Positions 28,245-38,699 of a DNA stretch of 64,000 bases are shown piece after piece (within the stretch, counting starts at the first letter, position 1; every line of letters begins with the position of its first letter). The notes under the pieces were generated by a model. The model was not told the origin of the DNA. It did no database searches and worked only from the letters and a program-made list of their open reading frames with translations. This stretch comes from a bacterium (GTDB lineage Bacteria > UBP13 > UBA5359), in NCBI GenBank assembly GCA_028685295.1, contig JAQUEL010000002.1, forward strand, positions 7,559-71,558, in the 5' to 3' direction. Both the position numbers and the translations under genes were made by a program.

Positions 28245-29174
28245 TCAGGTTTGAGCTGCCGCTGCATACTCCCGCTCAAATTTATCACCATCAAACCCCG
28301 GGTCATTCTCCGGTATATTCCTGAGCAAGACCTCCCTGCCTCCGTTTTCCCGGGACAGGCGCCCTGCCAGCATAATTTTAACCGCATGCGTCAGCCTTGA
28401 TACCGGTGCCAGCCTATTTGCTCCCGTTTCCATATAATCGCAAATCCTGTCCAACAACGCCCCATACAGCTTTTTATTATCTATTCCAAACTGATGAACC
28501 GTTTTAGTCGTCATGACGACCACTTCAAAGGGCTGCCAAAGGCCATGGCAGGTATTGTAAGCGGCCGTAATACCGTTATCGAAAGTCACAAAAAAAGTTT
28601 CACAGACTTTACCGTCGAGACGACCGCGACCGATGAATCTGGTTGAGAGGGCATCTGCGCCGGCTAAAGCATCTATGGCTTCCACAATATGAATAGCGTA
28701 ATTGAACTCATCCACCCCGGCCGTTCCGTAAATATTCAGGACCTTGCCTCTCTCCTCCTCCGGAATACTCATAAACTCTGTTATTTCGTTGGCATAACGA
28801 ACCGAGGAACTGCCCAGGACTACTGCTCCACCAGCTACAAGCTCCTCCAGCTTAAGGCAGTCGCTCAACGATCCCACTATCGGCTTATCTATAAAGACCG
28901 GCTTACCGCCGGCCAAAAAGAGCTTTGCCTGGCTCAAGTGCCTATCCCAGTTACATCCCTGCACAAACCCGATATCGACACAATCCGCCAATTCTTCAAT
29001 GCTGCTGCATCTCCTTTCCAGCCCATATTTACTGATAAAACCCTCTACCTCGGCCTCGCTCCGGAAGCCATCGTTGTAGATAGCCGTATAACGGGCTCTC
29101 TTGCCTTTCTTCAGATACTCAGCAAAAGTAATCGGGTGAGAAGTGTCGATATTTATTATTCCTATTTTAATCAT
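28245..29174 (-). CDS. Gfo/Idh/MocA-like NAD(P)-dependent oxidoreductase
   Basis: KIGII..DTSH, VFIDKP, GSSSVRYA and YAIH pattern. Confidence 0.75.
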   Translation of the reverse strand: MIKIGIINIDTSHPITFAEYLKKGKRARYTAIYNDGFRSEAEVEGFISKYGLERRCSSIEELADCVDIGFVQGCNWDRHLSQAKLFLAGGKPVFIDKPIVGSLSDCLKLEELVAGGAVVLGSSSVRYANEITEFMSIPEEERGKVLNIYGTAGVDEFNYAIHIVEAIDALAGADALSTRFIGRGRLDGKVCETFFVTFDNGITAAYNTCHGLWQPFEVVVMTTKTVHQFGIDNKKLYGALLDRICDYMETGANRLAPVSRLTHAVKIMLAGRLSRENGGREVLLRNIPENDPGFDGDKFEREYAAAAQT

Positions 29175-29941
29175 TACCTGTCACTCCTAAAGATGTTATT
29201 CGCATTATTGAAATATATACGCTCTATTGCATGTCTTGAGAACCTTCGAGGGCATAATTTCCTCAGGCCGGCTTCCATATAGAAAAAGGGATAGTTGCTG
29301 CCGTACAGGATTTTCTGCGCACCATATTTACCTATTATTTCTTCCAGCAATCCTTCGCCTTCCAGAAAAGAGGTCGTGACAAAGATATTCTTCCTGCCTG
29401 CGGCAAGCAACTCTATCGCTTCATAAGGTAATGGAGCGGAAAAAACGAAATTAACAGCCGGCCAGGCATCTGCTGTTTGCAGGAGTTCCTCTAACTTCAC
29501 TTCCCCAAGAAAATCAAAAGAACGCACAGCGGTCCTCTCTTCAAAGAGATGTAACGGTATGACAATGGGCTGCTGCGTGCTTTGGGCTGTCTGATATATT
29601 ATTTCCAATAGCGAATCGGACAGACTGTATCGCTGAAAGCGATGAAATAATTTGATACCAACGGCTTGATCGATATATCTTTCAATTGCTTTTTCAAGCC
29701 CAGGCTGCTGAGGGTTCAAAGCCAGTACAGGCCTTATCTGTGAAGCGCACCCTTCTGTTTCCTTGAAGAAATGGTAATTCACTTCGAGGTTATCCTCTGC
29801 CAGGATGCTTTCCAATGGGGTGGTTAAGCTGTATTCTATACCGTGACGGCGCATTTCCTCTTGTAATCGGCCTAAGCTGCTTTGAACAGCGCTGTTGTGC
29901 TGCCATCGTCCTATGTACAAATCTACGTCAATTATCTTCAT
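29174..29941 (-). CDS. Amidohydrolase_2 family protein (degenerate metal motif)
   Basis: MKIIDVDLYIG start (HxH replaced), GIKL, ILYGSNYP. Start set at ATG 29941. Confidence 0.7.
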   Translation of the reverse strand: MKIIDVDLYIGRWQHNSAVQSSLGRLQEEMRRHGIEYSLTTPLESILAEDNLEVNYHFFKETEGCASQIRPVLALNPQQPGLEKAIERYIDQAVGIKLFHRFQRYSLSDSLLEIIYQTAQSTQQPIVIPLHLFEERTAVRSFDFLGEVKLEELLQTADAWPAVNFVFSAPLPYEAIELLAAGRKNIFVTTSFLEGEGLLEEIIGKYGAQKILYGSNYPFFYMEAGLRKLCPRRFSRHAIERIYFNNANNIFRSDR

Positions 29942-30698
29942 ACCTGATAAACCCCTGAAAATTATTTCCCATGATCTGATGTTTAACGGCATCGGGTATA
30001 TTCGCAGCTGTAATCTTTGCCTGTTGTACGGTATAGCTTCTTCCCGGAGCATCACTGCCGAAAAGTACTCTTTGGGAGCCCAGTATCGCAACTGCATTCT
30101 CTACTACACCGCATTCAGGTACCCCTCCAGAGGTATCGACATAGATATTAGGCATAGGCGCAATGGCTTCCAAGCCTTCCCGCCTGTTTCCACCTGCGTG
30201 AGCCATAATAATCCTGGCCTGGGGATACTCTATTCCTAAACGAGCTACATCAAAGGGTTCTGATTCGTCGCTGTAGTTGCCTCTGTTCTTCAGGTAGGAA
30301 TGCTGCTGTATAAAAAGGTCCCTTTGCATAGCTGCTTCAATAACGGGGAAAAGTATAGCGGATGATGCCTTAACGGCTATCCAGAGCTTTATACCGATCA
30401 TGCCTCTATCATAACATCGCTGCATCTCTTCCCGCCAATCGGGATTCCTGGGGTTCAGATAACAAAGTCCGTATACCTCTTCAGGAAACTCCTGCATCAG
30501 CTTCAAAACATCATCATTAGCTTCTCTTACTTCTTGCGAGGATGGATAAGGCAAATACGCTGTTCGGCCCAATGATGAGATAACTATTCTATCTATGCCT
30601 GCTTCTCGGGCCCTGATGACGATCTCCTGAGAGCACCTGCTTCCCAGAAGGGCGTTATGAGATCTGTTGTAGGTATGAACATGAGCATCTATTATCAT
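29928..30698 (-). CDS. Amidohydrolase_2 family protein
   Basis: IIDAHVH, GIKL, IMAHAGG, YVDTSG and VLFGSD. Confidence 0.88.
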   Translation of the reverse strand: MIIDAHVHTYNRSHNALLGSRCSQEIVIRAREAGIDRIVISSLGRTAYLPYPSSQEVREANDDVLKLMQEFPEEVYGLCYLNPRNPDWREEMQRCYDRGMIGIKLWIAVKASSAILFPVIEAAMQRDLFIQQHSYLKNRGNYSDESEPFDVARLGIEYPQARIIMAHAGGNRREGLEAIAPMPNIYVDTSGGVPECGVVENAVAILGSQRVLFGSDAPGRSYTVQQAKITAANIPDAVKHQIMGNNFQGFIRYEDN

Positions 30699-32008
30699 GA
30701 TCTATATCTCGTAATAATGGATTCCATGGGAGTGCCGATGGCTGTTATCCTGGCGGACAGGTCTCCCTTTTCCAGAGCCTGGGCTATATTAAAGAAGACT
30801 TTATCGGATACGGCCAGGGTTTGCTCAAGGTCTCTTTCATTATGGGAGTATGAGATATATATGGGACCGCCTCGCCTGTAAAGAATACCGTTCTCAGCAT
30901 TATCCTGCAGGAAATACGTCATCAGATCAGCGTTCAGCCGGGCCTCCTCATAAGTAAAGTTAAAGGCTGTCAGCGGCGGATATCCAATGAAACAACATTT
31001 GATATTATAATTCTCAGCCTGCTTGTTCAACCCTTCCATCAGTCTGGCTCCATAGCTCCACATATGAGCTACTACAGGCTTGGTCCTGTACTCTTCACAT
31101 GCAGCTGTCAGAGCGGCCAGAGAGAGGGTCTCTCCTCCATATGTCGTGCTTATGGAAAGCTCTTCCATGCCTTGCATGATCTCTCTCTTTCCTGTCAGAA
31201 CGGATATGGGCATGCCGTTGGCTATTCCTTTAGCATAGCAGGCTAAATCAGGTATGACATTGAAATATTCCTGCGCCCCGCCGTTGGCCATACGAAAACC
31301 CGTAACTATCTCATCGAATACCAGAATAGCTTCATAGGCATTTGCCATCTCTCTGACATATTCAAGATATCCCTCTTTAGCTTTCTCCCAGTAATTGTTA
31401 GGGGTCATGACTATAGCGGCCACGGCTCCTTTATTCTCTTCCAACTTGCTTTTTAAGGATTGGGATGAGGTGAAATCATTGTAACTAAAGGGTATTATCA
31501 GGTCACGCTGATCTTGAGGCACACCCTTGTTTAAAGGCTGAGGCAATTGAGCGCACCACATATCATGCCAGCCGTGATACCCCCAAGACAGTATTTTCTC
31601 TCTGCCGGTGTATGCTCTGGCTACGCGTACTGCAGCCGATACAGCTTCAGCACCGGTCTTGAAAAAGCGCACCATATCGGCTCCGGGAATCATCTCTATC
31701 AACGCTTCTGCGGCCTCTATCTCCAGCGGGTGCGACAGGTTGAAAATGATGCCGCTTTTCAGTTGCCTGGCGATAGCCTGATCTACGGCAGGGTAGCAAT
31801 AGCCTAAATTTATCGGCCCCAGGGCCATTATGTAATCGATATACTCTTGTCCATCTGCATCAAAGATATGACTTCCTTTGCCAGAGACGGTAAACATGGG
31901 AAAGGCGCCGGGAGCAAAGGCTGATACCCTCTTGCTGCCTGTCTGTGAAGCGCCGGGAATAATTTCTATCGCTTTTTGATAAAGCTCTTTGGATTTTGTC
32001 AGTTGCAT
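30695..32008 (-). CDS. Class III PLP aminotransferase (glutamate-1-semialdehyde aminomutase-like)
   Basis: GKGSHIFDADG.EYID, FFKTG.EA, GYHGW, FDEIVTGFR and AKGIANG (PLP Lys). Confidence 0.88.
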   Translation of the reverse strand: MQLTKSKELYQKAIEIIPGASQTGSKRVSAFAPGAFPMFTVSGKGSHIFDADGQEYIDYIMALGPINLGYCYPAVDQAIARQLKSGIIFNLSHPLEIEAAEALIEMIPGADMVRFFKTGAEAVSAAVRVARAYTGREKILSWGYHGWHDMWCAQLPQPLNKGVPQDQRDLIIPFSYNDFTSSQSLKSKLEENKGAVAAIVMTPNNYWEKAKEGYLEYVREMANAYEAILVFDEIVTGFRMANGGAQEYFNVIPDLACYAKGIANGMPISVLTGKREIMQGMEELSISTTYGGETLSLAALTAACEEYRTKPVVAHMWSYGARLMEGLNKQAENYNIKCCFIGYPPLTAFNFTYEEARLNADLMTYFLQDNAENGILYRRGGPIYISYSHNERDLEQTLAVSDKVFFNIAQALEKGDLSARITAIGTPMESIITRYRS

Positions 32009-32109
32009 AACAACATACCTCTCAAATTCATTCTTACCAAAATATTATTCAACATTGCAAGGGTGTTTGCTTACAGCCTTGCAATGCATGATCATCATCA
32101 TCAAGCCAT

Positions 32110-33423
32110 CTAATCTCCAGCATGCTTCTTAAATAAAACCGTATTGAACTCCCTTTCAATATTTTTCAGAGCGGAGCTTACATCATCCTTTTCAAGCACT
32201 GTTGCTTCAATCTGATTTTTCCAAATACTTCCCAGTTCCTCCACATTACGCAAAGAGGGGACAGCACGGGCAAACTTGAGAGATTCGACCACTACTTCCT
32301 CCCGGCAGACTGTATCCGGTTTTATGAAGTCCGGAGATTTCAGCACGGAGATTCTTGCAGGGATCATATTTCTCTTTGCCAGTTCCCGGGCGACCTCTTT
32401 GGAACATAAGCGTTTGAGAAGCAGCCAAGCTTCCTTTGGATGCCCGGTTTTAGATGATATTGTCCAGCATTCTCCCGTATACCTGACAACCCTTTTGCCA
32501 AGCCGTGATTTAGGTACAGGAGCGATATCCCAGTCAAGATTTTTTACCTTGCTGAACTCCGTTAAAGCAACATAAGGAAGGCCTACAAACATGCCTAAAT
32601 TGCCACCCATAAATAGATCAGCAACAGAATTCTGCTTGGCATCCAACAGCTTTTTGGGAGTAACCCTGTACTTGCCGGTAAGGTCCGCCAAAAACTGTAT
32701 AGCTTCCCCGGCCTGTCTATTATCTACCACACATTTATTCAATTTATCATTGAAAACTTCGCCGCCGTTAGACCATATCCAGGCAATATCCTGTGCCCAC
32801 CAGCCAGGCACAATCGAAATGCCGAACTGATCGATTCTACCATCACCATTTGTATCCCGGGTCAGTTTAATGGAGGCTGCAAGCAGATCATCCCAACTCC
32901 ATCTTTCATCGGGATAGCTTAAAGAGAATTCATCAAACAGGCGTTTGTTATAGATCAGGACCTCGGGAGCGCCTGTAACGGGAATACCGTACACCTGTTC
33001 TTCAGATATGCCCCCTTCGATAAGTCCGAGTTCGTAAATGTCATCAAGATCGTATTTCTCTTTATTTATGAACGCTTTTAAATTTAAAAGCACGCCTCTA
33101 TCTCTGTAATCAGCCAGGCTTTTATTCTGTATATACATTACATCAGGCGCCGTTCCTGATGCCATCCGGGTCTGGAGTTTGGCATAGTAATTTGCCACTC
33201 CTCTTTCACTCTTAATCCGGATATACGGATAATCCTTTTCGAATTTCCGAAAAACGCTCAGATAGTAATCACTTATATGAAGCGGAGCATCGTAATAAAC
33301 TTCAAGTATGATCTTCTTCCCGGGATCACGACCTGTACAACCGACAAGCGAGCAGGTTAGCAGACATGTCATTAAGGCCAGGAGGAATAATCCAACCGAG
33401 GGTATTCTTCTTCGTTGTGACAT
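32110..33423 (-). CDS. ABC sugar-binding lipoprotein (SBP family 1)
   Basis: Lipobox-like LVGC; G.APDV, YNKRLFDE, W.WDDL patterns. Confidence 0.9.
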   Translation of the reverse strand: MSQRRRIPSVGLFLLALMTCLLTCSLVGCTGRDPGKKIILEVYYDAPLHISDYYLSVFRKFEKDYPYIRIKSERGVANYYAKLQTRMASGTAPDVMYIQNKSLADYRDRGVLLNLKAFINKEKYDLDDIYELGLIEGGISEEQVYGIPVTGAPEVLIYNKRLFDEFSLSYPDERWSWDDLLAASIKLTRDTNGDGRIDQFGISIVPGWWAQDIAWIWSNGGEVFNDKLNKCVVDNRQAGEAIQFLADLTGKYRVTPKKLLDAKQNSVADLFMGGNLGMFVGLPYVALTEFSKVKNLDWDIAPVPKSRLGKRVVRYTGECWTISSKTGHPKEAWLLLKRLCSKEVARELAKRNMIPARISVLKSPDFIKPDTVCREEVVVESLKFARAVPSLRNVEELGSIWKNQIEATVLEKDDVSSALKNIEREFNTVLFKKHAGD

Positions 33424-33511
33424 TGCCTTCTCCTTAAACAGAGCTACTGTTTCCCTTTTCTTAAATTCAACTTAGCCGTAGCAGAGACGATAACGGAAGC
33501 GACGGTTCCAT

Positions 33512-36500
33512 TTATTCCAGCATCCACAATCCCGTGGAGGCTGCCGGCAGATCAACTTTGAATTCTTGCACTTTTTTGGCGATATAATCTTTTTTGAATG
33601 GGTCATAAATATCGCATTTTTTAGGCAGTTTAATAATTCTCTCTCCAGCATATCTTGTATGGATTGCCAGCAATCTTTCGCTGGCAAAAACCTGGTCATC
33701 ACCCTTATCGTATATATGGACACCTGCATATCCGGCTATATTTCTTAACAAAGAGGAGGGAATATTGGGCACCGCAGACCAGACTGAAGTCCAATCTTTA
33801 AATTCCTTGACACAAAGACCTGCTTGTCTGAAAGTCCATACGGTCGAGCTGGTACTGGCCCCCTCTCCCAGAACGATAGCCTGCTTATCAATACAGGAAA
33901 ACACCGGCGACAGAGACTGTCTGAGGCCGTACCTTAAATCAGTGGCCAACCCTTTAGTCATTCTGTGCGCATAGTCAATGAGGTAAACATCCAATCCTTT
34001 TTGCAGTTCGACGGCTTTGGCATCCAATATATTATTCTGCTTTGAGCTTGTATAGTCAGTGGCCCCTCCCGGTAAATCCAAGTGCTTCATTTCCATACCT
34101 ATAGTATCCGACATGGCCTTTACTGATAACCCGTTATCCGTTATATAACCGGGAGCATATATCCATAACAGGACATTGCCGTTTCTCTTTATTCTCTGAT
34201 CAATAATCTCTCTTACCTTATCAGACAGGTAAAAGGTATTGGCGAAGATATACAGTTTGTACCGATCGAAAGGAAAGTCCGGGGATGTAAGATCGGTATC
34301 AAGATAATCATCAAAGGGAGCCCCTAACCTGGATATGCCTTCCACGCTCTGGCGAAAGATAAAATCTTCGCATGCGAAGCTGAATTTCTGATAATTGAAC
34401 GATTTATTGTTGTAAATTACTGCTATCTGGGCGTTATTGCGATCATTCTCCAGCAACCGATCCGCTATAGCGGAAAAATTCTTTATCGCCTTGAATATCT
34501 CCGGATGATCGAAGGATTTACCCCCGGGACTGCCCATACTAAACCAGCAGATACTACTCCCTACACGGGTATGTATGCCGGCAAAGTTGCGTTTGAGAAC
34601 GCTGATTGTTTCTTCCGGAGTTTTTGCCCAGCCGAAATTATCCCCTATGGATTCAGCAATTACGTAACTTGGATGGCCCAGAGTGGATGCGCAGGTCCGG
34701 CTATCATCCTCCACTATTGCCATTTTGCCATGCAATATGGCGGAAGGTAAAAGATATTGGGGTTGAAAGACACCACCTGCATGCCTCTCACGATAATTAA
34801 ATGGAGTAAAGAAGAAATCTATATTTTTATCATATATCAAACGCTCAAAAGCGCCGCGCCTTCTGGAAGCTACCAAACCCGCATAAGGCTGATCATGCCA
34901 CCCAGGATAGTAATTTGCGCCCACCCAAGTACCAACAAGACTCTCATTATTCGAAGCTTCTTTCATTGCTTTTGCAAAATCAGAAATAACTTCCGCTGCC
35001 AATTCATAATACTGTTCGAAAAAATCAGCCACTTTCCTACTCTTTACCGGGTTATAGAATATGCCGTCATCAGCGGTGAATAGCTCTTCAAAGCCAGGCA
35101 TAGAAATATTTTTGAAATCCAGCGTATTATCGTTCCAAGCATCTCTAAGCAATCCGATATCATTGTTGTACTTATTCGTAATATATCTTGCAAATGCTTT
35201 TTGTGCTACCGGGCTATAATCCCAATAATCTCCCCATTCACCGCCTCCACCGCAAATGATATAACCGATAATTCTGTCGGCAAAGGGGCTTTCCCTCAGA
35301 TAGCCTACCTGCGCTTTCAGGCACTTGATAGTTTCCTCCCGCCAAATTTCGGATGCTATAGATCCCCGGTTGCCTTTGGCCATATTAGGCGGCCATACGG
35401 CTATATGATCAGGATGCTGCGCAAACCAATCTTTTGTTTTTTGGACACGGGCAGTTGTATCCAATTGAATAATGAACTTTGCATCGGGAAAAGTCTTGAT
35501 GATTTCTCTCAAAACCGGGGCATTGAATTTCCCGCCCCAGTATTCCTTCTCAAAAAACTCCGGCAATGACCCGTAATTCTTTTGCGCCGGATGAAATGCT
35601 CCCGATGAAACACCCCAAAAGAATACGTTAACCCCGCTTGCCGCCAGATTTTTTATATATTCTTCCTTGCCTTTGTAATTATGTTCTCTATATATACGAA
35701 TCGATGTAGGCTTATCATTTAAAAACAGCATCGGTACCCCGTGGCTGCTTTTCACCTGCGCCTTAAGGGGGACAACGGGCAACGACATCTTGGTCGAGTT
35801 GCTATCTTCAGCCCGCTGCGGCGAAATCGTTGGTGCGGCAGGAACTTTTGCAGACGAGTGCATAACCCTGCCGTCATTACCTTTGCCGGAGGTATCTTTA
35901 TATAATCCTTCCTTTGTCATACCTCCAAAATCAAGATCAAGAACTAATCCGTCTCTATTATTTATTGCCCTTTTGCCATTGCGGCGGTTATCAAAGTTCC
36001 ACGCCACCTCATTTGAATCAATCGCTCTATCATAAATCCTTAAGGCGGCCATATCTCCTTTTAAGAGCGAGCTTCCCGGGCCTTTTCCTATTACCAGCCG
36101 ATTCTTATTTTTTATTATCGCTGTATCGGTAAAGGTCTTCCTTCCTCTTGACACACCATTTATATAAATGGTTGCGGCACCTTTATCATATACAGCGACT
36201 ATATGGTTATACTGCTTTTCCACTATCCCCGCACTAGACCAAATGGCGTTTTTATTGTCGCAGTTGTTTATGCCGAACTTCACCCTTGTGGATCTATACA
36301 AGAATAATGCAAAGCCGTCTTCTTTACCCAACGCAGAAACTATGACGTTATAGTCATGCTCTCCCAGAGGCTTAAGCCATGCTTCCAGCGTAAATGCATC
36401 CGTAATACCCAGTCTATCCAGGGTGCTGCATTCTATATGGACCCTACCGTCAAAATGAAACTCTGTGCCCGCAGGTGTGCCGGCCGTTCCGGCGCATCTG

Positions 36501-36595
36501 CCTTTACTTGCAAATATCCCCGTAAACACTATATAAACCAGCGCTATAAGCAAAGCCATTAACCGTTTAGTCACAGCAGTCTCCTCCATCCGCAT
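33512..36595 (-). CDS. Secreted LamG-domain glycoside hydrolase (GH42/beta-galactosidase-like fold)
   Basis: Signal peptide; LamG (FTLEAW, HIVAVYD, LRIYDRA); TIM-barrel with GGGGEWGDY and EDDSRT; C-terminal trimerisation-like region. Confidence 0.68.
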   Translation of the reverse strand: MRMEETAVTKRLMALLIALVYIVFTGIFASKGRCAGTAGTPAGTEFHFDGRVHIECSTLDRLGITDAFTLEAWLKPLGEHDYNVIVSALGKEDGFALFLYRSTRVKFGINNCDNKNAIWSSAGIVEKQYNHIVAVYDKGAATIYINGVSRGRKTFTDTAIIKNKNRLVIGKGPGSSLLKGDMAALRIYDRAIDSNEVAWNFDNRRNGKRAINNRDGLVLDLDFGGMTKEGLYKDTSGKGNDGRVMHSSAKVPAAPTISPQRAEDSNSTKMSLPVVPLKAQVKSSHGVPMLFLNDKPTSIRIYREHNYKGKEEYIKNLAASGVNVFFWGVSSGAFHPAQKNYGSLPEFFEKEYWGGKFNAPVLREIIKTFPDAKFIIQLDTTARVQKTKDWFAQHPDHIAVWPPNMAKGNRGSIASEIWREETIKCLKAQVGYLRESPFADRIIGYIICGGGGEWGDYWDYSPVAQKAFARYITNKYNNDIGLLRDAWNDNTLDFKNISMPGFEELFTADDGIFYNPVKSRKVADFFEQYYELAAEVISDFAKAMKEASNNESLVGTWVGANYYPGWHDQPYAGLVASRRRGAFERLIYDKNIDFFFTPFNYRERHAGGVFQPQYLLPSAILHGKMAIVEDDSRTCASTLGHPSYVIAESIGDNFGWAKTPEETISVLKRNFAGIHTRVGSSICWFSMGSPGGKSFDHPEIFKAIKNFSAIADRLLENDRNNAQIAVIYNNKSFNYQKFSFACEDFIFRQSVEGISRLGAPFDDYLDTDLTSPDFPFDRYKLYIFANTFYLSDKVREIIDQRIKRNGNVLLWIYAPGYITDNGLSVKAMSDTIGMEMKHLDLPGGATDYTSSKQNNILDAKAVELQKGLDVYLIDYAHRMTKGLATDLRYGLRQSLSPVFSCIDKQAIVLGEGASTSSTVWTFRQAGLCVKEFKDWTSVWSAVPNIPSSLLRNIAGYAGVHIYDKGDDQVFASERLLAIHTRYAGERIIKLPKKCDIYDPFKKDYIAKKVQEFKVDLPAASTGLWMLE

Positions 36596-36597
36596 AA

Positions 36598-37296
36598 TTA
36601 TCTGTGTTTTGATTCATCGAAAATATTTGCTAAATTATCCCCTATCGAGGCGCGCTGCCATTTCACATGGCCATCGCAGTAGAGAATATTCAAGCCCTCG
36701 GAGTGCCTGTTACGCAAGCGCTGGCTTGAAACTTTTTCACCCAGCACGCCTATACCGGCATTACTGGTGGGATTGCCCCATTCGGATCCCTCCGAATCCG
36801 CTACCACGCCTACCTCGCTCGGCTTCATAATCCTGGTCATATCATTATACTGCGCCCACTCATTTGTGCCCCCGCTCCAATATGCCCACAGCACCCGAAA
36901 ATAGAGATAATCCGTGGGAACGATAAGTTGGCTTTCCAGGGAGGAGCAATCAAAAATAGTGTTCGCATAGCAAGGACTTGCATTTTTATCGTATTTTCCT
37001 TTGACTCCGACATATGGAGCCAAAAAATCCGCCCAGTATCTGCTCTGGCCGGCTGTGCCGAAGGAATTATAAGCCGGTGGAAACCACTCGTCGTAGTCCT
37101 GCGCATACATCAACAATCCCTGCCCAATTTGCTTCAGATTACTCTGGCAGGTCGTCTGCCTGGCCTTCTCTCTCGATCTACTGAAAACCGGAAAAAGTAT
37201 GGCGCTAAGGATTGCTATAATAGCTATAACTACTAATAACTCGATAAGTGTAAATCCTCTTCTTTCCCTGCGACAGCCCTCGTATCTGATAATCAT
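36598..37296 (-). CDS. DUF1559-type prepilin protein with H-X9-DG motif
   Basis: RRG|[41 protein letters not shown]. Confidence 0.92.
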   Translation of the reverse strand: MIIRYEGCRRERRGFTLIELLVVIAIIAILSAILFPVFSRSREKARQTTCQSNLKQIGQGLLMYAQDYDEWFPPAYNSFGTAGQSRYWADFLAPYVGVKGKYDKNASPCYANTIFDCSSLESQLIVPTDYLYFRVLWAYWSGGTNEWAQYNDMTRIMKPSEVGVVADSEGSEWGNPTSNAGIGVLGEKVSSQRLRNRHSEGLNILYCDGHVKWQRASIGDNLANIFDESKHR

Positions 37297-37359
37297 CTTG
37301 TACCTCCGATAGCCTTTTAGATTTTTATATCACGCTTTGTACTCTTATTTGCTATGCTG

Positions 37360-38454
37360 TCAACATACCGGTACATCGAATTCAACCGGCAAGATCTCCT
37401 TGCATTTAAAATCCGTGCTGTTGATTTGATCCATCAGCATTTTAAATACTCGCTTTCCTTGCAGCTTCAACGGCAAGTATATAGCTTCAGCGCCGGGTAT
37501 ATTTACAGAAACACCGGTAAGAATATAGAGGTCAACATCTTTACCTATGGCCCTGCCCTCCCGGCAAAGATAATCATAGACTTCCTGAGCCAGCCAATCT
37601 CCGGCTATGACCAGCGCCGTAGCTTCCTGCAAAACAGCATGTTTATCCGCTACAATATCGGCTATTCTCTTATCGTTATCTCTAACGTATTTAGTTACCA
37701 TTTCCAAAAAATCAAGCTTAGCCTCTTTTATCGCTCTCCTGTACCCCTCCCACATCCTCTCTCTGCCTCTCTCGATACGCAGATCAAGCGGCAACCTCTG
37801 GCTGACAATCAGAGCCGCTTTTTGATGGCCCTTCCGTATCAATTCCCTGGTAGCAAAATATGTTGTCTCTTCATCATTAAATAGAACCGCTGGGACTTTC
37901 ATATTAAGATAGACATCGTCAACAACAGCTAACGGGCAATTCAGCCTCTGCAACTCCCTGATATCGCTCTCTTCCATGGGACTAAGAAATATCAGCCCGG
38001 CTAAATGCCTTTTAAATATGTTTTCACGTAAAATGGCGCTACCGTCAAATATTTTACGCCCGTTGGTGGTAAAAACATGAATTTCATAACCGTATGCCTG
38101 TGCAGCTTCAGCAATCCCTTCAACTGTCCTGGCAATAGATGGATCCGTCACCGAAAAGATATTATGAAAAACTATACCGATATTTTTAGAATCTGAAAAA
38201 GGCCGATTGGCAGGAACCATATCCTGGGCAACAAATGTTCCTCTGCCGGGATAGCGCTCCAGATACCCTTCCTTAATTAACTCGCTGTACGCCTGCTTTA
38301 CCGTAGCGACACTTACCCCTAGCCTCTGGCAGACTTCATGATCAGTAGGCAGCCTTGTTCCACCGGCAAGAATACCGCTAGATATCTCTTTCTTCAAGTG
38401 TTCCCTTATCTGCATATAAATAGGCGTACCATTACTGAGCTCTATATCGAACAA
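37360..38454 (-). CDS. GntR-HTH / LacI-type sensor hybrid regulator
   Basis: PIYMQI...G.RLP...VS..TV..AY.EL..EG.LER..G.GTFV followed by a periplasmic-binding-protein-like domain. Confidence 0.88.
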   Translation of the reverse strand: MFDIELSNGTPIYMQIREHLKKEISSGILAGGTRLPTDHEVCQRLGVSVATVKQAYSELIKEGYLERYPGRGTFVAQDMVPANRPFSDSKNIGIVFHNIFSVTDPSIARTVEGIAEAAQAYGYEIHVFTTNGRKIFDGSAILRENIFKRHLAGLIFLSPMEESDIRELQRLNCPLAVVDDVYLNMKVPAVLFNDEETTYFATRELIRKGHQKAALIVSQRLPLDLRIERGRERMWEGYRRAIKEAKLDFLEMVTKYVRDNDKRIADIVADKHAVLQEATALVIAGDWLAQEVYDYLCREGRAIGKDVDLYILTGVSVNIPGAEAIYLPLKLQGKRVFKMLMDQINSTDFKCKEILPVEFDVPVC

Positions 38455-38699
38455 CTGAATACTACCTTTCTATTTAGATGTATTATTAGCAGGTTTAGAT
38501 GGTTCATGATGATAATATTCTACACCTTTTGAAATATTCCTTTTTTAGACGTGTATAAAGATTTTGAAAATTTAGGCGTCTTATGCAATTAAAAGATGAT
38601 CTCTAATGATGCTGCCGATGCGCTGTCACAAAGGATAAAAATACTGCACTGGCAGGGTGATGGATTTTTACCGGACTTCCGGATTCATTTGCAGATTCC

